A DNA stretch of 64,000 bases from Chrysomallon squamiferum. Its lineage: Eukaryota > Animalia > Mollusca. The stretch lies in assembly GCA_012295275.1 (NCBI GenBank), contig CM022670.1, positions 15,872,001-15,936,000 of the forward strand. The letters are read 5' to 3'. The stretch's first letter is position 1. Each line of letters begins with the position of its first letter. Made by a program: the position numbers and the translations under genes. Of the stretch, positions 13,497 through 25,900 are shown one piece after another. The notes beneath the pieces were generated by a model, which was not told the origin of the DNA, searched no databases, and saw only the letters and a list, made by a program, of their open reading frames with translations.

Positions 13497-14140
13497 GTGA
13501 GTATCTTCAAAGACCTGTACAAAGCAGGCACCAGCCAGCCAGGCAATGGAGACAAGGATAATGTAGTGGTACCTGATGTGAAGAAATACAAACTGCTTGT
13601 GAAGAAGCCACATGGTTCAGTCCATGCTTCAGTGGTCTCTTGTTTATTGGTTAGTTTGTCTTTATCTTATAAAAGTAGAAAATAAATGTCTCTCTCTCTC
13701 TGATTACAAGTGTTAACACCTTCTTCTGCACTCCACACAGTATCATCTTAACAGCTGCCTATAAACAGTGCTTAAATCAGGTGTTGGGAACATCACCTGA
13801 GTGTGTCATTGTACAATAAAACAAGTAAACTAAAAACGTATCTATGATTTATCTTGCATAAAACAAGTTCAGCTGCATAAGATTGTTTTCTCCCCTGCTG
13901 TGTGATATTTATGTCACTGATACTGTAATAAGAACTCATATTAACTGTAACTGTTTATTAAACACAGTAAAGGAAATAATAGTTAACAGTGGAAAAAAAA
14001 AAAAAATACGTGTATGTAATGGATGCTATTTAATTACTCATTGATTTCTGTAAAATAAAAAGTAAATGAGAGGACAGCAATTATTTCACACACGTGGACT
14101 TTTCATCACTGAACTGCAGTCTCAACATATCTTTACCCGT

Positions 14141-14154
14141 GTTGCCGTGGTTAC
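14141..14154. promoter_or_regulatory. RFX X-box-like motif GTTGCCGTGGTTAC
   Basis: Close to the palindromic RFX consensus GTTGCCATGGCAAC. Confidence 0.3.
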
Positions 14155-14441
14155 TATTATCAGGTGAGCAGTTTTGATTAAAGCCCACATACAGAGATTG
14201 TCTGACCAATTCATCTCCGGTGATAAAGAGATCCTTGAAGATCTGTGCGTCTATTGTCCACTCACCAGTTCTCCCCACTCTATTGCCATTCCATTGCTGT
14301 AGGTAAATAACACACTGCAACACAAAAATAGTTTGAATGGTTAGAGCAGAGGCATGAAGCAGGTCACAATGTAGACATTGGTGTTTTTACCATTCCACAG
14401 TGAAATAGTTCAGTGGTTAGACCAGTGGCATCAAGCTAATA

Positions 14442-14474
<33 letters not shown>

Positions 14475-15040
14475 TATATATATATATACTGAAAACAATA
14501 ACCTGTAAAGTGATTGTGTGTTTCCCTCACAATCTCATTTTGTACCTGAGGTATCAATTAATATTAAAAATGTGTTTAAGTATTCATTTATTCATTTAAC
14601 ATAGGCATTTTAATATGTCACTGGAAGATGAAACATATGGCTTTAATGAGGATGATAATGTATTCAGGTAGACAGTAAAAATAGACGTTAGACTTTACAT
14701 GGCATAAAACAAATATTATTAATATTATATATGTATTAAATAACTCCTGTATATTTTTAGTAAACAGTATGAATATTTTTCTGTCCTAAGATTCACATCT
14801 TCAAGACATATGATAATGAAATCAAATTGTACAGCAGGTTTTACACTAATTTTAATACTCTGTTCAAGTAAGTATTTAATTTTCATTTTTCATATTTGAA
14901 AAAAAAAATATTTTAGATTTTTACAAGTATGAAAGAAAGGTCAAATCAGTTATAAAATATATTACACAGCAAAACTGAGTCTGAAATATTTGTCTTTGTG
15001 CCCTGTTCTGATTTTGGTGTAATATTTATTCCACATAGGG

Positions 15041-15074
<34 letters not shown>

Positions 15075-17197
15075 CTAAAAATTCAAGGAAAAAGTGTATT
15101 ACATGACAAGAAAAAAAAAATGTCTGATATAGTTGCCTTTTTGAAATCAGAAAAACACTGTGCTGACTTCAGTGTGTTATTTTCAGTTATTTAATGGGGT
15201 TTTTTTAAATAAAAAAAATGATAATTTTTTTTTAGCATTTGTTAAAAAACAACCCACAAAATATTATACATTGCAGATATAGTGTTTGAATATGGCCAGA
15301 TGTAGGATTATGTATTTCGCTGCATATGTCGTCTTTCAAAGTCACAGCTGGGCTTTTCAAAAACATGTAGTTTTGGTTTGAATAACCTTGATTTATTTTC
15401 CATATATTTGACTCAAGTTTCGATTTGACTTAACTTCTTAGCAAGCCAGGGTAGGGTGCCAGGCAGTTTCCTCTCAAATCTGCTTCATAATCCTTGAGAG
15501 AGTAAACCAAACTGAATAACCTCCTGTGTTTGAGTTTATTTAATATGTCAGTGTGCTCAGAAGATCTTTTTTTTTAAAGTAAAAAATCCACAAAAAAATC
15601 AGCATTTATTGGCATGGATATAAACAGTCTGTTTAATGTTTGTGTTTGTAACAGGAAAAAGAAACTTAATGGTTCGCTTTAATTTGTTTTTGCTGGATCA
15701 GTGTTAAAAATGTGCAAACAGCTGAGGTTTTTCAATACATTTGATCATTTTAACATTTACATTATTTGATTCTGTTTATTTTTAAAAATGCACTGAGTAA
15801 AATATGAATCAAATTAATGTGTTAGAAACGTTAATAGTTGTTTTTCTTTCATTAGAATTTTTGTATACATAAAAATTGGCTTTTTGTGGTATATACAACA
15901 GTAAAAACATCAGTTTATAAAAAGTTTTGATTATGCAGTGTAAGAATTTTAGACTTGGTTATAACCAATATCTGTAAAAGGTCAATTTACATCTCTCTCT
16001 CGTGCACACATGCACACATACTTACATACACAGATAGATAGCGTGTATGTGTGTGAATATACATATATATATATAGATAGATAGTAAGCAATATTAGACA
16101 ACCCACATTGCATCTATATAAAGAGACATACTTGTCCATGTACTATTTTACATATCATACATGTGAGTGTATATCAGTCAGTGGAAGACTGTTGATGTTA
16201 CATACACAGAAGATTATCATATACTACGGAAGACAGGATACAATGTGACATAAATCATAAATACAGGTAGGCAGGTATGAAGGATATCCATTGTAAAATA
16301 GTCACCAAGTACAAGTGAACTCCACAAACAATTAGTTTATTTATTTGGAGAAAAGAGTATTCCACTGCAGCAACAGTTCTGCTTGGCTTACGCCTGTGTG
16401 AAAACACTGACAGAAGAAAGCAGTGCTTTTTGATGAATGGTTACTACCAATTATCCTGCCAATTGTTGAGGGCAAAATATCCTTTAATTATGCTGAACAT
16501 TTTTACCCAACATCTGCCAGTCATCAATAATGCAGAGATTCTTACTACTTGTGTTTCTATGTTATTATCACATGACACCAAAGATTTACAATCAACTGAG
16601 ATAGGTGTTAGGTTTAAAATAATAAAATTAAAAAAAAAGAGTGAAAGTAAGATGAAGACATTACCTGAATGTCTGCAAAGTTAAATAAATTAGAATTAAC
16701 AAGTCGTAAACTGTTGTAAAATACATGTAGTAATTGCGTTGTTAGTTTAATGTATGTTGAAAGTTATAGTTTTTTTGTATGACTTGATCATTTTTGAAAC
16801 ATACCTGTTTAAATCTTTATAGTTACTTCAAAAAAATTATCTTCTTTTTTTTTTCATAAGCATAATGAGCTAAATAATAAATATTTATTTATATATTTTT
16901 TTTTTTTGGGGGTACATTTTATACAAACTTAATTTTGAAATTACAAAAGGAAACATATCGTAATAACTATTTCATGTTTCATTATTTATGTGTTTATTAC
17001 TCACTGAATTAATGAAATGACAAATAAATCGAAACATAAAAAAAAAAGTGTTGACAAAAATGTGTGCTCAGCATGAACAATAGCCATCAGCCAGGCTGTT
17101 ACATCGACAGTCCAGATTGCATAAAATGACATCCCATACCTTTGTGAAGTAGTGAAATTATTTTTTTCTCTCCTCAAAGAGAAGGCTTAGTTGAGAG

Positions 17198-17200
<3 letters not shown>

Positions 17201-17244
<44 letters not shown>
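17201..17244. repeat. (GT)22 microsatellite
   Basis: Pure run. Confidence 0.97.
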
Positions 17245-17246
<2 letters not shown>

Positions 17247-17981
17247 AAAAGCGATGGATTTATCCACTGTGTCCGACATTACAGCCGATTACCACAGCAA
17301 GGACTGATCTTTACAGTTAGTCGAGGAAATGAGTCTTCTTGTAAATTTACTCCTACAACAACGTTTTGCATTAGTCACGCTTTGTGTAACCAGTGGTGGA
17401 GGCTGATTGCACTTGGCTGTGTTTTATATTACAATTATTGTGTGTGTTGTAAGCATCCTGCCTCCAAGGCAGGTTCATTCAGCTGACAAAGATTACGATG
17501 ATTTGATTAAACTTTTCTAAATGGAAGGGTGGCTGCCAATCACATGCTTTGTAAACCCATTTTAATCTCTCGCTACCTGTTTTCTCACTGCTGAAATCAA
17601 CGTACAGGTGTTAATTGTCGTTTTGTTTGCCATCTACCACAGACGGTGATCTTTGTTACCTCTGTTTATTTATTTATTTTATTTTATTTTATTTTTTTAT
17701 TATTAATGTTGTGAATATTTTTCTTCCGAGAATGATGTTTTATTAGCATTTTGTATGTATTTGTACTTAATTACATCCATTATAAAGCATTCTGTCATTG
17801 TAATGATGAAAATTATTTTTTTGCTGTTCTTTTTTTTTTTGGTCTTTTGTTTTAATTTTAATGCATATGTATCATTTTTTTATTAATCAAAAGAAATAAT
17901 AATTTTAAAAGGTTTGTTATTTATTTCAACATGAGCAAATAAGGTACCAAAATAAATACATAAAACACATTTACTATTATT

Positions 17982-17985
<4 letters not shown>

Positions 17986-18078
<93 letters not shown>
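17986..18078. repeat. (TTA)n microsatellite, ~31 units
   Basis: Pure trinucleotide run. Confidence 0.97.
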
Positions 18079-18080
<2 letters not shown>

Positions 18081-18228
18081 ACTCTTATTATTACTATTGC
18101 AATTATTATTATTGTTGCTATTTCATTTTCATCATCATCATGTGGTTAATATATACCAGTTTTATGTTTAGCAGTTTGAACAGCAAACTTTAAAAAAAAT
18201 AATTAATATTATCTAACTACAAAACAAA

Positions 18229-18275
<47 letters not shown>

Positions 18276-18433
18276 CATGCAATACACTATTAAAATAAAA
18301 AATAAAAAAATCCTAAAAAACTGAACTTTTGAGATCACACACACTAATTAAGTGCCAGACTATTTTCCTCCCATTAGCAGCATCAGAATGAAACTTACAG
18401 CAATCAATTCTCACTGACTAGCAGCACTTTAAC

Positions 18434-18477
<44 letters not shown>

Positions 18478-19723
18478 GGCAGTTGTCATAGATGTCATCA
18501 AGTATGTGCAACACGATGCCAGACAAAGATGGCTTCCTGCTGCTCATTATCTGCAGTGTCACAAGTGCAGACTGATAAACAACAGCTTATTGTGTACCAG
18601 CAGTCAAATTATTAGCATACAAGTAAGTGCACATCTGACTGACTGCAGCATGGTTAGCCGTGTTGGTGTTAATAAACTTGGCCAATCACAGAGTCTGACA
18701 GTTAATATTCAATATGCCAAGCAAAGATATCAAGAAAGGCTGGCACTAATTGGCTAGGTGCATTCTGCACAATTAACTCCCCTGTCAGATGTTTCTCTTT
18801 TAATCTGTTACTTCTTATTTTTTTTTTTTTTTTTTTTTGTTTTCAGTTTCAAATTTAGATATCTGAAAAAAAATATTTTTTTTTTTTTTTATTAGTTTAT
18901 TGGTTTCATACCCAGCTATATGTTTCGAGTATAATTTTTGGTTGTTTTTTTAACAGAAATGATAAAATGGCATTATCTACTTCAAAATCTTGACACCAAC
19001 ACTTACAATTAGATTGACTTTATCTTGTCTTGCTTTTCATTATGAGTTTCAGTCAACAGTGTATAGCCGACAACAAAAATAACAAAAATGTTCCATATTT
19101 GAAAATCTTGTGCAATGTATTAACTTAGATATTAAACATATTTTCTTTCTACACCAACAACATAATTAATATGATTCAAAAAATAAATTTATGACATTAT
19201 ATGCTTTAAATGTATGGCATTAAATTAGAACTTTTTATAAAACATCTTCAGAAAGGTAATGCAGTTTACAATAACTGAATCAGATAGGCTTCTTATATAC
19301 AGATATTTAAGAAAAAGACTCCACTGATAAAGGATGCTTATAATAATAAAATAGGGAATTAAAAAGGAAAATCTTAAAGAAAAAAGCACTTGACTAAATC
19401 ATTTGTTGTTTTTTTTTTTTTTTTTGTTGATCAACAATATTTTTTAAAGAATTTGTTGTTTAATGCAAAATTAATTCTTCTAAAAATACTTGTGACAAAT
19501 AAATTGCTTGATAAATATAAACTAGTTAAAAATTTCTAATTTACAAGAAAATATATGATTATAAACACCAACCCCCACCAAGAATTGGCTTTGTATTTTT
19601 AAAAAAAAAAAAAATCTATCAAGATTGTTTGATGTAAGTAAAAATAGAGAATTCAATATGGTTTATCATGTGGCAGGTATTTTAAGCAGTGATAAAATTC
19701 TCATCCATTTTCTTTTCTTTTCT

Positions 19724-19758
<35 letters not shown>

Positions 19759-22700
19759 TGAAGAAAATTTCAGAAAATGAATGCCTGTGATATGGGGTGT
19801 ATGTTACTGAGATGTATTAAACTTTGATTTGATATGACATGGGAGAATGTACACTGAGACAAAGTGTGCATTTTGACACCCTCGTCCCAGTCATGTGAGA
19901 ATGTGTTTACACAAAGTGTGACCCAACACACAATGTCTTCTCTGTCACTCTTCATGTTTCTCTGGCCTTTTTCAACAAAAAGGTGAAGGTTGCCTCATGC
20001 CACTTCACAGAGTGTTTTGTTCTGCTTTTCTTGTATTGTAATATGCATCATAAATGTCTAACATCTACCTCTTGGCATTTTCATATTTCCCATACCCACA
20101 AGCACCAAATACCAAATATCTTCTCTCTCTCCTTTTAACAGAAACAAACAACAAAAAAAACCCCCACCAAATACATCAACACTTTGCATATTTTGCATTT
20201 TTTTGTACAACTCATTGTACAACTAGATCTTGATTTACATCATGATGTATGCACTTGAAAGACAGGAAACTTAAGTGTATGTGTGAAAAACATGCATAAA
20301 AACATAAAACAGCAAACTAAAATATTAATTGTATTTGTAGACCACAACTTACTTAAACATGAACTTCTGTTGAAAAGCTTTAAATACACAGTATGCAAGT
20401 GTGTATGCATTCACACAAGCGAACATAAAAACATCCACACACATACAAAGAGAGATCTGGGCACATATACATTCGAACTGTATGCTAAGATCCACAAAAA
20501 GCTCCAGAATTAGAAAACTGTATGTCTCATTATCCCAAAATTCTAAATGTGATCATCACACAGCTGTATTAGCAAGATGAACATTATGAAATAAACTAAT
20601 TGGAATTAATAAATCAATATGTTTAGAATATTTGAATAGATTAAATAAATTAATGATTTTGCTATTTGCAGTTTGTTTGAAAATGTGCTTAAAACATTTT
20701 TTTGGAGTACATCTTTATACAGGCCTAATTCTTTCAAGCATCTCTAGGTGAAAAAAGAATGGACACATCTCAGTAGTTGAAGATGAAAACAAAAGCCAGT
20801 CACAGAAAAAAACCAACAAAAAAAAACAACATTTTAACATCTTTTTCACATTTTAAGCAAGATCAAAGCCACTTTGTGATATATCAGTTTTTCTCAGCCT
20901 GGTGAGAACATTAGATAGTGGGGCAGACGTTGCCGTACACTAAACAGACCTGTAATCTTGTTAAAAACCTTCCACCAACAAGAGCAGTGTTTGCTTATTT
21001 CTTCTCAAGCCTGTTATGTGATTTATTTAATCAGCTTAGCATGGAGAAGGTATTTTCCAAGTAGGTATTACATTGTTTGCAGAGGTGAAAATTTATCCAC
21101 ATCAAGAGTGCAGTACAAATGGATGATGAGATTAAATAGGTGTCGACACTGTTTGCTTGAGAACCTCTCACGTTACCGATTAGGACCAGTCTGTGTAGGG
21201 TTTGTTGTCGAGTGCTGTAGCAGAAACATTTCTCTGATACAGTGCTTAACTGCTGATTTTTAGGTTCAAATCTCCATTCTTTTAAATTCTTTTAGAAGAA
21301 CGTAAAAGATTGCAAGATGATTTTCTTTTTTTTCTGTAAAATTTGTATAAACTAACCAGATATTTAAAATGTAACTGTAGGTGTCTAGGATCAGATCTGA
21401 GTATTGGAACATCAAAGATATTCAAAGAAGTTCAAAGATATAGGCTAATGTTTCTGTATTTCATAAATATTGCAGTGTACAGAATGGTGCATTTAGAATC
21501 ATAGACTTGAATTTTAAATAAAACCAAGACCATAATTAAAATTAAACTGAATATTTCACCATGAAAATATCTGAATACCAGGCACTGATCTCAAAATGTA
21601 TATCAGTTGAAAGATGGGTGTGGTGGGGTATACAGCTACTTACACCCACAGTTTGTACAACTCTGTTTTCTACAGTGTACTTCCCTGAACTGGTGTATTA
21701 TCAGCAACAAGCACAAAGAGAAGGAAAAATGAGTCTAATCTGGCTGTGTGAAAAACTCTGAGACAGTTTGTATACACAAACATCAGTCTCCTGCTGGGCT
21801 ACAGTGTAACCAGAGGACTTGTACTTGACCAGGCAGTGCCTCAGTCACACTGGAATAGGTTAGCCTTTTTCACATCATTTTATAGCCCACTGAATCCATT
21901 CTCGCTTGTCAAAGAGAATTTCAAAAGACTTCTTTTAGAAAATGATGCACTGCACATTAGTGTTTGCACTGTGTAACATTTATATAATTACAATATAAAA
22001 AGTGTATTTTGTTATGGTCAAAACAGTAATAATGATGGTATAATAATAATAATAATAATAATACATAACAAATATTTCTGAATTTGGTTTCTTAAAGACA
22101 TTTTGAATTGTATATTCATTTTTTTTTTTTTTTTTTTTTTCTTTATCATATGTATACTCTGAAGTCAGAAAAAATAAATAAATAAATAAATAAAAATAAT
22201 CATCATTTAGAACATATTAAAAAATGTTATGATCAGTTTTCTCTAAACTCAGAGATCATTTCTAAACTGTTCACCAAAGACTTAAATATCTTACACTTGC
22301 TTGTTGTTTCAGCCACATTAGCATCTTCAGGCAGATAAAACTCTATTTTGATAATGGTTTAAAATGCCATTAAAAAGTGAATAATTTAAGAGGATAATGG
22401 AAAACAAAAATCTTTTAATTGATCATTTACTGTACCTTTAAGAGAACATAAACACATTGTTTAAATGAACTGGTTTTATTAATTAACTGATATTAATCAT
22501 TTATATTTGGCACACTGTTCTCTAAGTGCTATGAAACAATGGTGTAGAAGCTGAATCAGACTTGTTAATGCCTGTATGAGAAATGTTGTACTGAAGCAAG
22601 CCTTGTTCATAAAAACATGGAAAGTCAGGATTTCTTAATATAGTGATTTAATTCATTTTAATTCATTTTTGTTTCAAGTAGTTTAAAATCTCATCTTGTC

Positions 22701-22824
22701 CTGACTGTATGAGGACTCTGGTTAAAGAGATCAGACAGGTTCTTTAGCATGAAAGTTTACAGAGTTAAAAAATCTAAGAACCAATTTCTTCTTGATTTGC
22801 TCAAAGTTTCGTCATTTTGGAGGA

Positions 22825-22972
22825 CAGTTGTCCACCCTGCCCAGCCTCCCCCCACCCCTGACTTGCATGTCCATGCATCTTATCAGTTGTTGAGAGCCCC
22901 ATGGACACATTCTCAACAAACAATTCACTGAAAACACTTAAGGGGTCGGAGGTCAGGGAGGGGAGACAACTG
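22825..22972. other. GC-rich imperfect inverted repeat with a nested inner hairpin (~148 bp fold-back)
   Basis: Left arm cagttgtccaccctgcccagcctcc...acccct (22825-22859) resembles the reverse complement of the right arm, cagttgtctcccctccctgacctccgacccct (22941-22972). Inner stem ttgttgaga (22887-22895) pairs with tctcaacaa (22911-22919). Confidence 0.65.
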
Positions 22973-25900
22973 ACAGACAGAGCCCTATAATTATTGGCTT
23001 CTTCATCAAGTGAATCCCCATTTGATCAAGCAACTTTAAATTATACCTCATTATCACCACTGTTTATACTGAGGTTATTTTCTGGTCAAACATTTTTCAT
23101 CTCATTTTTTTTTTTTTTTTTTTTTTCTCTCTTTTCTTTTCTTTGTTAGAAAAACAATCAATTTGAGGCATGTCTCACTTGTGACATGCATATGACTGGC
23201 CTTCTCAGCTGTCATCGGTTCAATTCACTGGGCTACCTGTGTGTCTGCCAAGGTGATGATTATCATCATCTGTGCTGTTGGTACTTCGTCCTGTTTGTGT
23301 AAACGATGTTTATGTTGACAGTGGTGATTTTCACGATGAAAACAATATTGAGAAAATAAAACAAATCTGATTGGAAATAGAGACCATTTGGTGACATGTG
23401 AACACTTGTCTAAAACCGAGACAGTAGATTAAGAATTAAATTTAATTATTTAGAGTTTGATTTCATTGTTAATGTGGAGTCCTCTGAGTGCGGGTATTAC
23501 TTTCAGTACAGTGTGTATGAAATCTCATCCTTTCATTTATGACAGAAGATTGAACAGGCTTTTCTGACAGTGGACTTTGTGCATGTCAGACTCAGAGTGG
23601 AAATTAACTGGAACAATTCACTGATTGTTGAAAGACTTATAATTAACAGATCTGCAGCACATTTTGATGTCTTATTAAAAGAAAATTAAATTGTTTTGAA
23701 AACTCTCTTTCAGTAACATCATTAATATCCAAAAAAACCCATTTATTACCAAAAACATCCACAACAAAACAAACATCAAAATAACAAATAATAAATTATA
23801 AACAGACTTTATAAAATCCATGTCTGTAAATTCAATATATATAAAAAAATATAAAAATTGACAGATGAAATAAATAAATACATTTGAATAAAGAAAACTG
23901 CAAATTCAAATATCTGCTAATTGATGCACAGATGTTTAAAATGAGGATAAAAGCTTGACTTTATCTAACAAGTTGACAAGAATATGATACGTTCAGTTGT
24001 AATGACATAATTGAATGTATGGCGAGGGTTCTGACAAATGTCTGTTAATGACTGTTTAACACAAATGACCAACACAGATAAGACTGTCACACACTGATGG
24101 TTCTATCACTGGACTCAGATCTTGTCTCTCTCTTCAGTTCTGCTGGCCTTCATTTGCATTCAGACCGGCCAGCTGTAACTAGGTGAGGAGAGGTTGTGGG
24201 TTGGGACTAACAAAGTACCAGCTTCATAGTCAGCGACCACTAATTGCCATTGAACTACAGAGTATTGTTTGACACAAAGCAGATTACAACAAATTTGGAT
24301 AATTTGTACAGAAAATGAAATGTTTATTGTTACAGAAATAAAATAGAAAAATTATGATTATTTTGGTAGCAAATAAAGAAAACTGAGATGCTGATCACAA
24401 GAATTAAATCTGAGCAATTTACAAAGCTCACATTACAATACTGTTAATATATGTATATATTTTTACAATAGTGAAATAATAATTTTATTAAAAGAAACAA
24501 AAGAAATGTATTATATAAGATATGAGATGCAAGTTTTAGGCTATAAAAAAAAACAAAAAAAACAAACAAACAAAACAAGCATATTTTGCTTCTTTTCTTT
24601 TCCAAATTTAAATCTTTAAACTCATGGTATTGTCTTGACATCCTAGCAGGAGTATCAATGGAATGAAGCCAACCCAGGCATCATTTAGCATGTAGGTATG
24701 TCATAACATTTAGTTGAGATGATGTATGGCAGTGTGCAGGTATTGTTTTCTCACCTGTACGAGTGCAGACCTTCCACTCAACCTCTGTCAGTGTTTACTT
24801 AGACTGGTAACAGTGGCTGTTTTACTGCACACCAGCAACATAACTCACAGAGCTACAAGTTTACCTACAAGCCAATAACCATAAGAACCAGTGGTTTAAT
24901 GGACACAGAGTCATCAAGTAAGCAGCATATTACAAGCCTAACTAGTGCTTGAGTCAACACCTCTTTCCACAGTCAATGATTTCAGTGTAAATAGTTCTTA
25001 TTGCTTTCTGCTTGCAGCTGAAGGGAGTTAGTGAAACTGAAACTGTAAGACAGAGAAAACATGCTCAGTATCAGTTAATATTTGCTTCACAACAATAAAA
25101 TATTTTGAAATTCTTGAAATTTTGGATTCAGTTTTCCAAAAGAAAAAACTTACTCCAACAGATATGATGTAATAAAAAAAAAAAAACCTGTATTTTAAAA
25201 TGATTTTATTCTTTTTTTTTTATCCTTACAGGGTAGTAAAGAATATTAAGATTTTATAGAAAACATATAAATAAACTTCTTGTTAGATTTCATACAGTTT
25301 AATTTAAAATCACCACCACAATTATTTTTATAATTAGCTACTAGTTACAGACATATTGGCAGCAATAAAAAGACAAATGGCTGGTATGATGTTTAACTAA
25401 AAGAAGCCAACACCATTTTATTAAATCAACAGATTCCACTAAGAGTGTGATAAACTGTTTGATTTTATTGAATCTGCTGAACTGGGAACCATTTCGATGG
25501 AATGATTCATGAATATTGCGGGACAAAGCCAGCTAATGTGTTTGAAATCTCAGTGACAAAACAGGATTAGGTGTTTAATCTTATTTTTCAGTGGCCAGCA
25601 TCAGCGATAGGAGAGTGTTTAGCATTTGTCATGTTTCCTCTGTTTCCTGATATGATATGATTACTACATCTTGATTGAGGATGAAAGAGGTTTAGCGACG
25701 GGATGCAGTTGTATGCACGATGAATCATAAACAGACACAACTTACACATGCTTGTATACACATTAATAATGATCAAATCTGAACATGCACATACATGAAC
25801 AAGCACATACATGAACAAACACAAATAATCACAGTGACACAGTGAGAGAAATTATGTTACACATGTAAATATACACCTACAAATGCACACACAGGGGCTT

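Noticed and set aside
14240-14320. Minus-strand mini-exon (acctacAG|...CTG|GTGAGT, NGMAIEWGEL)
   Set aside because: Short pyrimidine tract and no partner exons; cannot be told apart from a decoy.
13470-14323. Convergent ORFs sharing IFKDL (SIFKDLYKAG and QIFKDLFITG)
   Set aside because: Similarity is limited to ~14 nt with no extended inverted repeat or family match; likely chance.
14405-14432. tRNA A-box-like TAGTTCAGTGGTTAGA
   Set aside because: No B box or cloverleaf follows; the sequence runs into (TA)n.
21262-21276. T-loop-like GGTTCAAATC
   Set aside because: No A box or tRNA stems upstream.
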